From: Pseudomonas phage EL
Sequence record: AJ697969.1
Direction: 5' to 3' (one strand)
DNA length: 64,000 nt
Shown: in pieces, positions 55,367 through 64,000 of the stretch
How the letters are laid out: each line of letters opens with the position of its first letter
How positions within the stretch are numbered: position 1 is the first letter of the stretch
The notes under the pieces: model-generated
The model's database searches: none
Seen by the model: the letters and a program-made list of their open reading frames with translations, nothing else
What the model was told of the DNA's origin: nothing
Translations under genes and position numbers: made by a program

Positions 55367-56913
55367 TCAGTAAGGACAGCCTGGCGTTGGCAGAGAACAT
55401 CGCCGTCGCGCTCCCTGAAGGCACTGTAGTCCCATCCACCCCGATCCTTCAGGGGTTGAATACCCTGAGTTATGGGGCGTTCCCGTACGAGGAGGACTTC
55501 CGGGATAAGGTGGTTGAAGTGACTTCCGAGATCACGGAGCATTCGGCAGCGATTGAGGCGGGGAGTGACAAAGCCGCTGAGACCATCCGCGGTGCGTTCG
55601 AGATGGTGAAGTCCTACGGCGTCCCGATGGCGGACGCCATCCAGGAGAAAGTGGGTCTGCTGTACAGCCGAGGTGATCTGAACTGGGCGTCGTTGCGTCA
55701 TTTCAATATCACGTACATCAATGTCTCGGATCCGTTCTTTGACTCGGCTATTTATCCTACTGAAGTCAAGAACAAGGCGTTGTCGTTTGACAGTGTGGGT
55801 CTGGATGTCCTGAAACGGTTGGAGTTTGAATTCGCAACGGAACAGGAGATCCGGGATTACGTGGCAACGTCTCACCCAGAGATTAATGCCATCCTGGATT
55901 CCAAACTCGAAGACATCGTGTACGCGTTCTACGCGATTACGATGCTGGCCGATCTCAAATCCCTTTTCCACTACAAGGGTGAGGCGACCTTTGACTTCAC
56001 GCGTGTGAAATCGGTACGCCTTAACCTGCTGCTGAAGACCTACGTGATCTTGACGAAGATGTACAGTCAGGAAGACCCGGCGTTCCTGGTTAAGGGGTCG
56101 TTGGAGGATTACCGGGAGTATATCAACCTGCTGTGGAATGGGATGACCCATTACCTCATTGCGTTGAAGAACACGGTTCAACTTTACCGTAACCGTAAAG
56201 CGGCTATCTACGAGGCTGAAGCCTCTAAGTTGGTGGACTTTAAACCAGTTGATGCCCTGGACGTTACCGTTAAGGGATTGAGTGGTAATGTCGTCGTGTA
56301 TTACAGTGATGAGGTCCTCAAGACAGTAACCGGTAATGGGGGGAGTTTGAACGACTGTGTGATCGCCTCGATCTATGGGCGTCTCACCGGTCGTCCGAAT
56401 GGCTTCCTGGACCTCATCAATAACCCTGACCTGGTTAAAGACTTGACGGCTAACTACTTCGAGGGTATTCACCGTCCACTGAACCAAGATGCCCGTAAAC
56501 ATTTCATTAACAACAGTGTTGGGGCTATTGTTCAGTTCCTGAATGAACGGGAAGAAGCTCGGGCGGCGTTGTATGAGCATTTGGATGCAGAAGGGTCTTC
56601 GGTCCGTACCCTCATTGAAGAGAACCTGAGCGGTGACCTGGACGTTCTCTACACCCTCTACGAGAACGACGTCCGCAAGAGCAGTGGCGTTGAACCTGTG
56701 AGCATGGAGATTGAGGCTCAACGGGCGAAAGAGGTCATCTTCCAAACCAAACTCGTCCCTAACTTCTTGAAGTTGTTGGGGTGTGAACTGGCTGCGGAGA
56801 TCATTGAGCTGACCTTTGTTAAGCTCGGTGAGGAAGACAACCTCAACAGCAAGCGTGAACGCCTCCATGGGGCGTTGATTGAACTGCTGGTGGGTGAACT
56901 GCTGGGAGTTTAA
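55363..56913 (+). CDS. hypothetical protein
   Basis: 516-aa ORF, AAGGAG SD. Confidence 0.6.
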   Translation: MISKDSLALAENIAVALPEGTVVPSTPILQGLNTLSYGAFPYEEDFRDKVVEVTSEITEHSAAIEAGSDKAAETIRGAFEMVKSYGVPMADAIQEKVGLLYSRGDLNWASLRHFNITYINVSDPFFDSAIYPTEVKNKALSFDSVGLDVLKRLEFEFATEQEIRDYVATSHPEINAILDSKLEDIVYAFYAITMLADLKSLFHYKGEATFDFTRVKSVRLNLLLKTYVILTKMYSQEDPAFLVKGSLEDYREYINLLWNGMTHYLIALKNTVQLYRNRKAAIYEAEASKLVDFKPVDALDVTVKGLSGNVVVYYSDEVLKTVTGNGGSLNDCVIASIYGRLTGRPNGFLDLINNPDLVKDLTANYFEGIHRPLNQDARKHFINNSVGAIVQFLNEREEARAALYEHLDAEGSSVRTLIEENLSGDLDVLYTLYENDVRKSSGVEPVSMEIEAQRAKEVIFQTKLVPNFLKLLGCELAAEIIELTFVKLGEEDNLNSKRERLHGALIELLVGELLGV

Positions 56914-56916
56914 TGA

Positions 56917-57645
56917 ATGGACGTTACTTCTCTCGTACGAGACCGAAGTAAGATCCGTAAGGCGTACACCCTCCACGACGATCACAGTGTCACTGCAAAT
57001 CGTCCTCTGGAAGTTCATATTCCCAAACGTTTTACTGAACATGGGTTAGCGTTTATTGGGGATAAGGTGACCACTACGTTAGTGGCGGGTGTTGTCATCC
57101 CGGGGGAGTGTTACTCCCCTTGGGTGGCGTTGACGGATGTCACGATGGTCCCTATGAACGTTCGGGAGACGGGTATTGACGGCGTTCAGTACCTTATCCT
57201 GGAGTTTGAAGAAGGGGATACCCTTATTGAGAACCTTCGGTATATCCAAGACCCCAATAAGCCCTACTTCTATTTCACTGAGTTTGACCTCTACGCGAAG
57301 ATTCCTTGGTACTTATCAGACAATGATGTCACCTCCTTGTTTGATAACGCTAAGATACAATCAGGCAGTGAAGTTGGTGATACGCCGCAACACATGCGGA
57401 TCTTTAATTCCGTTATGATGCGGGATCCGGATAACTTGGACAATCCGTATCGCAACAGTCAAGCCATGCTAGACGGTCGCCCTCCGGTATGGGTAGGGTT
57501 GAATAACAGCTCAATGCTGATTGACGGCACCTACTTGAAACTCACCGGAGGTTTCCTCCAAGACAACACGGTGGCTGCTATTATCAAGCAAGACACCAAA
57601 GTAACCGATCTGGAAATGATCGTTAAAGGGGTCCCAGATGAGTAA
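56917..57645 (+). CDS. hypothetical protein
   Basis: 242-aa ORF, 3-nt gap to previous gene. Confidence 0.55.
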   Translation: MDVTSLVRDRSKIRKAYTLHDDHSVTANRPLEVHIPKRFTEHGLAFIGDKVTTTLVAGVVIPGECYSPWVALTDVTMVPMNVRETGIDGVQYLILEFEEGDTLIENLRYIQDPNKPYFYFTEFDLYAKIPWYLSDNDVTSLFDNAKIQSGSEVGDTPQHMRIFNSVMMRDPDNLDNPYRNSQAMLDGRPPVWVGLNNSSMLIDGTYLKLTGGFLQDNTVAAIIKQDTKVTDLEMIVKGVPDE

Positions 57646-58501
57646 TACTTTAACCTTTGAGAATACCCTGCTGGCAAACAGTGGTAAACGGGGTATTCTC
57701 AAACCCATGGACAGTTCGGGGTACTACCGGATCAATGCGGGAGGGTTCAATATCCCTAACCGTTCCGGTATTACCTACCGGGTGAATGACTACATTCGTG
57801 AGTGTGCTCGTCCAGGCAGTGATTTTGACCGTCGGGTGAACGAAGGCCAGATGTATTGTGAAATCGGCCACCCACCTCAGTATTACAAGATCTTGGTCAA
57901 TGGCGAAGTGGTTCGCAAGCAGATCACGGATCTCTTCGAATGGATTAACCGCCTTCGGACCATTGACTTTGATAATGTCTGTGGTCATATTCGTAAAGTC
58001 CATTGGATCTTTACGGGTGGACCGAACGATCCGGTTTACAATGACATTGAAGTGATTCCGTGGGCGAAGAACCCACATCATAAGCAACTGCTGCAAGAAA
58101 GTCTGGATAATCCGGATATCAATACGGCGTTTAGTATCCGTACGGTAACCAAGCCTCAGAACTTTGGCGATAAAACGCGCGAGGTGGACTACTGGAGCAC
58201 GTATGACGCTGTCATAGAGCAGGGTATACTCCGTGCGTGTAAACACCTCACAGCGGGCTTGGAGAGCCTTCTGGACGACTATTCCGCTGAGGGTGGTGAA
58301 ATGGAGTTCACCACGACCATGGAAGAGCTCTTCTTTATCTGCGATCAGAAGATGCGTTCACCTGAAGTGGCGGAACGTTATGCGGGTACGGAAAGCTTTG
58401 TTCGAGTACAGGAAATGCTGGATGATCTCCGTAGACGAACACCTGCTCAATCCAAACCTGCGCGGTTGATTGTGTCCAGTTCGTTGGATGTGTTCCGGTA
58501 A
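57638..58501 (+). CDS. hypothetical protein
   Basis: 287-aa ORF overlapping the previous by 8 nt. Confidence 0.55.
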   Translation: MSNTLTFENTLLANSGKRGILKPMDSSGYYRINAGGFNIPNRSGITYRVNDYIRECARPGSDFDRRVNEGQMYCEIGHPPQYYKILVNGEVVRKQITDLFEWINRLRTIDFDNVCGHIRKVHWIFTGGPNDPVYNDIEVIPWAKNPHHKQLLQESLDNPDINTAFSIRTVTKPQNFGDKTREVDYWSTYDAVIEQGILRACKHLTAGLESLLDDYSAEGGEMEFTTTMEELFFICDQKMRSPEVAERYAGTESFVRVQEMLDDLRRRTPAQSKPARLIVSSSLDVFR

Positions 58502-58516
58502 GCCTGAGCCAGCATG

Positions 58517-58546
58517 CCTAGCCTTGGGGTAGACCCCAAGGCTAGG
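58517..58546 (+). terminator. hairpin terminator
   Basis: cctagccttgggg taga ccccaaggctagg followed by TTATTAATTTT. Confidence 0.55.
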
Positions 58547-58619
58547 TTATTAATTTTAGCTGTTTGTTTATTCTTATAGTCCGTTGCGGCTAACCATTTA
58601 AACCAGAAGGAATTTCCTT

Positions 58620-59288
58620 ATGTTGATTGAAAAGCTTAATTTCCAAACCCTGGTGCTTCATCTGCGTGAGGTGAAGGGAGGGTTTAATGTTCTCCAGGTA
58701 TTGTGGGAAACCGCCCAGAAGGAATGGGAACGTTCCAAGAATGCTGATACAGACATCCATTTCATCAAAGGCGTGTTTACTTCCACTCAGAAAACCGATG
58801 CGGTCCGGATCTATGTGGCGAAGCTGGCTAAGCTGTACATGAACACCGTGGGGGTACTGCCGGGGATGTGGTCCAAACATACTCTGACCCATGAGCATAT
58901 CCTGACCAAAGCCACTGTGGACAAGATTTGCACCATGGAAGTGAACAGTTCCGAACAGTTGTTCGAATTGGTTGCCACCCGTGTATTGGGAGTTGATAAA
59001 ACCCTGGTGGAGTATATCCTGACCGATGAAGACAAACCCCGGGATCGCGCCCGTATCCTGATTAACTACCTGGGGTACCGTGTGGATGAACCGGGTGTCC
59101 CGGAAGAGGACTACCCTGACCTCATCAGTAGCCTGAGTGAGTTGATCGGTAACAATGGGTTTACAGATGAGTTCTTTGAGAACCTGTTGAAGGAAGCAGA
59201 AACCTACTTCGATAGCGGATCGGTTGACTTCCAACAAACCCCGTTGGATGTGTTGGAGAACTTCCTGCACCAACCCTGCAAGCAATAA
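58620..59288 (+). CDS. hypothetical protein
   Basis: 222-aa ORF, AAGGAA SD. Confidence 0.55.
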   Translation: MLIEKLNFQTLVLHLREVKGGFNVLQVLWETAQKEWERSKNADTDIHFIKGVFTSTQKTDAVRIYVAKLAKLYMNTVGVLPGMWSKHTLTHEHILTKATVDKICTMEVNSSEQLFELVATRVLGVDKTLVEYILTDEDKPRDRARILINYLGYRVDEPGVPEEDYPDLISSLSELIGNNGFTDEFFENLLKEAETYFDSGSVDFQQTPLDVLENFLHQPCKQ

Positions 59289-59306
59289 GGGGTTTTGCCC
59301 AAAAGA

Positions 59307-59330
59307 TTTCAAGTCTATATTACTTGGGTG
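59307..59330 (+). promoter_or_regulatory. phiKZ-type early promoter-like motif (TTTCAAGTCTATATTACTTGGGTG)
   Basis: Identical over 22 nt to 17329-17350. TATATTAC core at 59316-59323. Next ATG at 59428. Confidence 0.6.
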
Positions 59331-59427
59331 AGCGACATCAGGACCTACCTGACGAGGGCAGTACACCACTTCCCTTGCTTTGTCTTGGTGTCGTCACACC
59401 ACCACTTTTGGACAGTAAGAGGTTGTT

Positions 59428-59868
59428 ATGTCGATCAATAAAGAATACGGCGAATGGATGGAAAAGGGTGTTAAGGGTCTGGTAGACTCGCACGACTACA
59501 ACAAGGCCACCAACCACATCACGTTCGATTCGGAGAAGGTGGAACTGCCTAAGGGTGTTACCCAAGACAGTATTCTCCAGCACGTCAATTTCTTCAACGA
59601 TATCAGCGCGCAGGTTGAAACAGCCACCTCCCAGATCGCCCGGAGTCAATTCGAAGACAACAAGGAACTGACCACCGTCGACGGCACCCTGAACCTCGGG
59701 GGGTTGAACATCAATTCCCAGCATCACCTGAAACAGAAGGTGGGTGAAGATTATTTGTGGGGGCAAAGCACCACCGCAGTCGATTACACGCATACCGAAG
59801 AACAAGCCGTTTGGTTGGATACCCAACGTACGGCCAGCCAGGAACAGGCCGCCAAGCTGTTCGAGTAA
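59428..59868 (+). CDS. hypothetical protein
   Basis: 146-aa ORF, SD AAGAGG. Confidence 0.55.
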   Translation: MSINKEYGEWMEKGVKGLVDSHDYNKATNHITFDSEKVELPKGVTQDSILQHVNFFNDISAQVETATSQIARSQFEDNKELTTVDGTLNLGGLNINSQHHLKQKVGEDYLWGQSTTAVDYTHTEEQAVWLDTQRTASQEQAAKLFE

Positions 59869-59881
59869 GCATTCCTTCAAT

Positions 59882-59930
59882 AAAGCTAGTGACCGTTAGT
59901 GTCACTAGCTTTATAGGGACTATTTTTTGA
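59882..59930 (+). terminator. rho-independent terminator
   Basis: aaagctagtgac cgttag tgtcactagcttt then TATTTTTTGATTT. Confidence 0.6.
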
Positions 59931-60228
59931 TTTAGGGAACGGACCCCTGTTGACCGTTACCTTCCTAAGACCTCAATGGAGACAGAGAATGAAGTGGTTA
60001 AAAGCGTTGCTTGACCTTCTCTTTGGGAGTGGGGAAGGTCAGCGTGAGACGAGGGACGTGACGTTGGAGAACCTCCACGAAACCTTGTTACCTCGGGTTA
60101 GATTCCCTTTGGAAAGTCACCACGAAGACAATTATAAACCCCTCTTACTCCCAGAGTCTTCTAAAGTGATTGGAGAGAAGGAGCAGAAACGGAATGAAGG
60201 ATAACTTCACGTCGGTAGGTAAACGAAT

Positions 60229-60618
60229 ATGAGTCATGAACGGTGGAACACGGCTCGTTTTGAAGCCATCAATTGGGAGGACAATCAACGCGGTATCCCT
60301 ATTGGTATTAAGAACAACCTGTATTTCCGGTTTGATTATACCCGTAAGGGTGAAGGCTGGGAGGTTACCCTCTGGAATACAGAAGGGACGATTGCCCGGA
60401 TTGAAGATAGCCCGACCGGGTTCTCATTCTCCAGTTACCGAGTGGATCTCGTAGATGCCGAGTTGTTGGCTGAGATCCATACCCAATTGAAAGATCAGAT
60501 CAATAAGGTTAAACCCACTGAACTGATCGAGGTAGGGGGGTTAAAGCATCTGAATCACATCGTCTTTACGGAACCAGATGCGGAAGAAGGGTCTCTCGCG
60601 CCTTATGATCCAGCCTAA
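60229..60618 (+). CDS. hypothetical protein
   Basis: 129-aa ORF. Confidence 0.5.
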   Translation: MSHERWNTARFEAINWEDNQRGIPIGIKNNLYFRFDYTRKGEGWEVTLWNTEGTIARIEDSPTGFSFSSYRVDLVDAELLAEIHTQLKDQINKVKPTELIEVGGLKHLNHIVFTEPDAEEGSLAPYDPA

Positions 60619-60645
60619 CCGATTTCAAGACCACGAGGGGTACCT

Positions 60646-60951
60646 ATGCTAAGTAATCACATCATTACGTTCGAGATGGCACTGGAAGCTGAACCTTCGG
60701 TGATTCGGACATTTGAATATAAACCCTTGAGGGTTATGATGGGACAGCTTGAAACCTTCATTGTCATTGAACAGGGGAAGGAGGATGTGGTGTATGCCAC
60801 GATCGAAATCCCCAGTGACGGTGATATTAGTGTGAATATTGAAGGGAGTCCGTTTAGCCGTAAAGACACTGAAAAAGCCCTCTCGCTGATCTTTGAACAG
60901 ATCTCAGAGAAACTCAAAGCTACAACACCCCCATCTTCCACTCTCAACTAA
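60646..60951 (+). CDS. hypothetical protein
   Basis: 101-aa ORF. Confidence 0.5.
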   Translation: MLSNHIITFEMALEAEPSVIRTFEYKPLRVMMGQLETFIVIEQGKEDVVYATIEIPSDGDISVNIEGSPFSRKDTEKALSLIFEQISEKLKATTPPSSTLN

Positions 60952-60963
60952 GAGGTTTATTCC

Positions 60964-61782
60964 ATGATCATCCCTAAACAAGTGGCTAAAGAACCGCACG
61001 AATTCAAGAAGTACGGCGAATTCACCTACGGGGTTCATTCTCCCAGTGTTGAAGCCTTGATGCCTGTTAACGAGGCCACGATCTTGGGCCAAGAAGCCAC
61101 CCTCAAGATCCTGAACGAACTGGATAGTGCAGTCATGGGTTCTGTTCGTTCCCTGAACAACCAGTATGAACTCTTCCGTCAAGGGATTGCCTACGGTCTC
61201 CCGTACCGTATCAGTACCGACGGGAATATCGAGTTCGCAGTGTACCAACGTACCAAGAAAGCTGGGGATCAACGCCTGAGTAGCTGCTTGTCCCTGGCCC
61301 CCGGGGGTCATATCGAGAAGGAAGACATTTCCTACTACCCGGAAGCTGATAAGTTCTACGGGGAAACTTCGGTGATCGATTGGGCTTATACCGTGGAGGC
61401 TAACCTCCGGCGTGAATTCCTGGAGGAGATCGCCTTCTACTCATTTAACTGGGGTGATATCACCGAAGAAGTTACTCAGAAGGCGTTTCCTATTGGGTTC
61501 GTGATGGATAAGGGTGAACCCGGGTACGTTGGGAATATTCACGTCGGTGTCATCTGTCTAGTTCCAGTGGTGGAACACAACGCCACGTTCGATATGTCCA
61601 ACGAAGTGAACAACAAAGAAATTGGGTGGTTTACGGTCAAAGAGTTGGTCGCCCAACATACCGGCGAAGACGCCCACATCAAGTCGGATGACGGTGAACT
61701 CGTTCGCTTCGAACCCTGGTCAGGTTTGATCATCAACCGGATTGACCAGATTGTGGATATCATCAAGGGGCAGGGTCAGTGA
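60964..61782 (+). CDS. Nudix-like hydrolase (expanded Nudix box)
   Basis: PGGHIEKED ... LRREFLEEIAF. G-x5-E and RE-x2-EE parts of the Nudix box are present, but separated by about 30 aa rather than 7. Confidence 0.4.
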   Translation: MIIPKQVAKEPHEFKKYGEFTYGVHSPSVEALMPVNEATILGQEATLKILNELDSAVMGSVRSLNNQYELFRQGIAYGLPYRISTDGNIEFAVYQRTKKAGDQRLSSCLSLAPGGHIEKEDISYYPEADKFYGETSVIDWAYTVEANLRREFLEEIAFYSFNWGDITEEVTQKAFPIGFVMDKGEPGYVGNIHVGVICLVPVVEHNATFDMSNEVNNKEIGWFTVKELVAQHTGEDAHIKSDDGELVRFEPWSGLIINRIDQIVDIIKGQGQ

Positions 61783-62114
61783 GAGGGGATTCCTTCTGTA
61801 CCAAAGCAACCAGTAAGACACTTTTGGACACGTTCTTCCAACTGTTGGAGGTTCTTAAAGAACAGGGGAAGGATCAAGCGACCACAGTATACCAGACCGA
61901 AAGTCGTAACGGGTTGACCGCTGTTATCAGTCCGAATGGGGTTTGGTTCTACCATTTCCCATCCCGGGAAACACCGGTGGCTAAACTGACCTCTACGGGT
62001 GAGTATGTCTCTTTGGGGATTATCAGTCTGTCCACGCGAGAACGGATCGCTTTCCACGAGGAAGATCTCACCGTGGTACTTAAAGAGATCATTGCTCACT
62101 ATCAACCGCAATAA
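61779..62114 (+). CDS. hypothetical protein
   Basis: 111-aa ORF overlapping the previous by 4 nt. Confidence 0.5.
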   Translation: MRGDSFCTKATSKTLLDTFFQLLEVLKEQGKDQATTVYQTESRNGLTAVISPNGVWFYHFPSRETPVAKLTSTGEYVSLGIISLSTRERIAFHEEDLTVVLKEIIAHYQPQ

Positions 62115-62123
62115 CCAGACGCT

Positions 62124-62168
62124 CAGTAGGTAGGGGTATCCCCTACCTACTGGTTTCTTTATTTATTT
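62124..62168 (+). terminator. rho-independent terminator
   Basis: cagtaggtagggg tat cccctacctactg then GTTTCTTTATTTATTT. Confidence 0.65.
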
Positions 62169-62180
62169 GGAGGAAAGAGA

Positions 62181-63098
62181 ATGGCTGTTATTAATTTGGC
62201 TTGGAGTGGTGGGGTGGAATCTGTGGCGATGTATCATAAAGCCATGAAAGCCGGCCATACGGTGAATCCTTGCTTGGTGAATGCCACGGGCAGTGCATGC
62301 GTGACCTTGGTGGAATTAATGGCACTCGCTAAAGTGGAAGATTATTTCAGAGATCACACGAATGACTATCCAGGGTCCATTGGAAAGACCTTCGTGATGA
62401 TGGACACGAGTATGGCCGTTCCTTCCATTTACACCATTGATAGCAACAGACAGAGTCCATTCGTTCATATTGCTAATCAATCCCTGAATGTGGTATTGGG
62501 GATGATGCAAGCGTCTCGGAGTAACATTCACCTATTCCCCAGTACGTGGGTAGGGTTCATACAAGAAGATAGCTCAGAACACACATTAAATATCAATGAA
62601 TGGAGCGAAGCAGATTACCAGGTGCTGCTGAATCTTCCCGCCACACTCGGTAAATTGGCGGGCACGGACATAGGTTGTCGGCCATTCATAGCCCCATTGT
62701 GGGATGTTCCTAAGCGAATCCTTTATAACGATCTTCCCGGGGAATTGAAAGAGCTAGTACTCCCCAATCTCATTTCACATTGGTATACTCTAAAAGAGAA
62801 TGATGAAGTGGTCCTTACGGTCTCTAAGGAGAAGGAAGTAGAGTGGGAAAGGGCGGGTATCCCTCTACCGACTCAACGCTTTGTCTTTCGTTTGAAAGAC
62901 TCCACCCCTGCGATGAGGTTATTGGTAGGGTTGCCCACCCCTAAAGACCTAGAGATAGAAGATGATCTTGGTGGAACACTGCATGAGATCACCCAGGGTA
63001 TCATCAGGAGGAAATCCGGTTACTGGATGAACGATTATGAAGAAGTTAAGGGGGTTTATCTGGATGTGATTAATGATATCTTACGGAGTAGAGAATAG
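62181..63098 (+). CDS. PP-loop (N-type ATP pyrophosphatase)-like protein
   Basis: N-terminal INLAWSGGVES resembles the SGGxDS PP-loop (Glu for Asp). Rest unassigned; no QueC-type CxxC cluster. Confidence 0.45.
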   Translation: MAVINLAWSGGVESVAMYHKAMKAGHTVNPCLVNATGSACVTLVELMALAKVEDYFRDHTNDYPGSIGKTFVMMDTSMAVPSIYTIDSNRQSPFVHIANQSLNVVLGMMQASRSNIHLFPSTWVGFIQEDSSEHTLNINEWSEADYQVLLNLPATLGKLAGTDIGCRPFIAPLWDVPKRILYNDLPGELKELVLPNLISHWYTLKENDEVVLTVSKEKEVEWERAGIPLPTQRFVFRLKDSTPAMRLLVGLPTPKDLEIEDDLGGTLHEITQGIIRRKSGYWMNDYEEVKGVYLDVINDILRSRE

Positions 63099-63121
63099 CC
63101 TTTAACACTGGAGTATTCGTT

Positions 63122-63301
63122 ATGGCTAACAACGATGTTAAAATCGACCGTAAACTACTGGAATCCCTCGGTAAGGTTTACGATCATATTCCTGAAGAAC
63201 GCCGTCCGTACGACCCCAGCAGACCTGAAGGGGATGCGGGTATCCTCAAGACGTATGAGAAACCCAAGCGATTCAACTTTGAAATAAAAATCGGGAAATG
63301 A
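63122..63301 (+). CDS. small hypothetical protein (not in the ORF track)
   Basis: ATG 63122 with GGAG SD. 59 codons (MANNDVKIDRKLLESLGKVYDHIPEERRPYDPSRPEGDAGILKTYEKPKRFNFEIKIGK). Stop TGA overlaps tmk ATG (ATGA). Confidence 0.4.
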   Translation: MANNDVKIDRKLLESLGKVYDHIPEERRPYDPSRPEGDAGILKTYEKPKRFNFEIKIGK

Positions 63302-63951
63302 CTATGAATTTCGCTAGTCTCTACTCCGGAATGTTTTGTGTGGTGGAGGGGTTGGATGGAACGGGTAAGACCACTGTTGTTAATCGCATAACGGACTGGT
63401 TAGTAGAACGTGGTGTGGATGTGGTTAAGACCCGAGAACCGGGTGGGACCCCGTACTGTAACCGTATCAGGGATTTGCTCCTGTCGCTGGATGAGGGTGG
63501 AGAAGGTCCTTGCCAAATGACGGAACTCCTGTTGTTCAATGCCGCTCGGGTACAACACCTTGAAACCTTGGTTAAACCCAGCTTGCAAGCCGGGAAGTTT
63601 GTACTCTGTGATCGGTATGTGCATACGACCATAGCGTACCAAGGGGAAGCCCGGGGATTGGGGGTAGGGAAGATCCTGGAGTTACACCGCTTGCTGACCC
63701 AAGACTTTTGGCCTCACTTTACGTTCATTCTGGATGCACCGGTTGAGGTGGTGTTGGACCGAGTCCATCAACGGGGTGGTATGAACCGTCTGGATTCTCA
63801 AACGGTTGAATTCTATGAAAAGGCCCGTACAGCGTATCGTCGTATGGGGCAGACAGGCCGTGATTGCGCACTCATTGACGCCACTGTGAGTGAAGACGAG
63901 GTGTTCAATCAAATGACCACCTATCTGGAACGCCTGTGTAATAAATATTAG
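63298..63951 (+). CDS. tmk: thymidylate kinase
   Basis: P-loop VVEGLDGTGKTT, TREPGGT motif, overall dTMP kinase length (217 aa). Confidence 0.85.
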   Translation: MTMNFASLYSGMFCVVEGLDGTGKTTVVNRITDWLVERGVDVVKTREPGGTPYCNRIRDLLLSLDEGGEGPCQMTELLLFNAARVQHLETLVKPSLQAGKFVLCDRYVHTTIAYQGEARGLGVGKILELHRLLTQDFWPHFTFILDAPVEVVLDRVHQRGGMNRLDSQTVEFYEKARTAYRRMGQTGRDCALIDATVSEDEVFNQMTTYLERLCNKY

Positions 63952-63960
63952 AACACATCG

Positions 63961-63992
63961 CTACTGCCTAGCCGTAATGGGCTAGGCAGTAG
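63961..63992 (+). terminator. hairpin terminator
   Basis: ctactgcctagcc gtaatg ggctaggcagtag directly after tmk. Confidence 0.5.
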
Positions 63993-64000
63993 GTTGTCGT

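Noticed and set aside
1-64000. CRISPR arrays, tRNA/rRNA genes, integrase or transposase genes
   Set aside because: No direct-repeat/spacer periodicity was seen. No tRNA-like cloverleaf candidates were found in intergenic regions by eye. No tyrosine or serine recombinase or DDE motifs were found. A proper scan (tRNAscan-SE, minced) would be needed for certainty.

Overview
This window reads as a contiguous stretch of a phiKZ/EL-like jumbo (giant) tailed phage of a Gram-negative host, with about 48-50% GC and almost entirely coding on both strands. I found no rRNA, tRNA, CRISPR array or integrase. The main coding content is as follows. (1) A GroEL-like chaperonin gene lies behind a conserved early-promoter motif. 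(2) A leftward receptor-binding operon encodes two Kelch beta-propeller proteins, a ~1050-aa fibre with collagen-like Gly-X-Y repeats, and an SGNH/GDSL-esterase fibre. The two fibres share an N-terminal motif (QARVLDARTRxLKE). (3) An SNF2-family helicase gene is interrupted in its P-loop by an intein. (4) A 2543-aa Gly-rich, tape-measure-like virion protein carries both a GH19-like glycosidase domain and an M15 peptidase domain. (5) A phage multisubunit RNA polymerase block holds a beta-prime-like N fragment and beta-like N and middle fragments, interrupted by two group I introns. Both introns show the canonical P, Q, R and S elements, and the first carries an HNH homing endonuclease. (6) An SLT-type endolysin has two peptidoglycan-binding repeats. 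(7) A rightward metabolic block includes a Nudix-like protein, a PP-loop ATPase-like protein and thymidylate kinase. I see no evidence for a single novel system as such. The most unusual points are the twin introns in the RNAP genes, the Ala1/Thr+1 intein, the Kelch, collagen and SGNH fibre module, and two GC3-rich gene islands. One of those islands holds a paralogue pair with opposite codon usage. A 22-30 nt motif (TCTATATTACTnGGTG) recurs four times upstream of plus-strand genes. Many rho-independent terminators share a CCCCTACC/GGTAGGGG-type stem.
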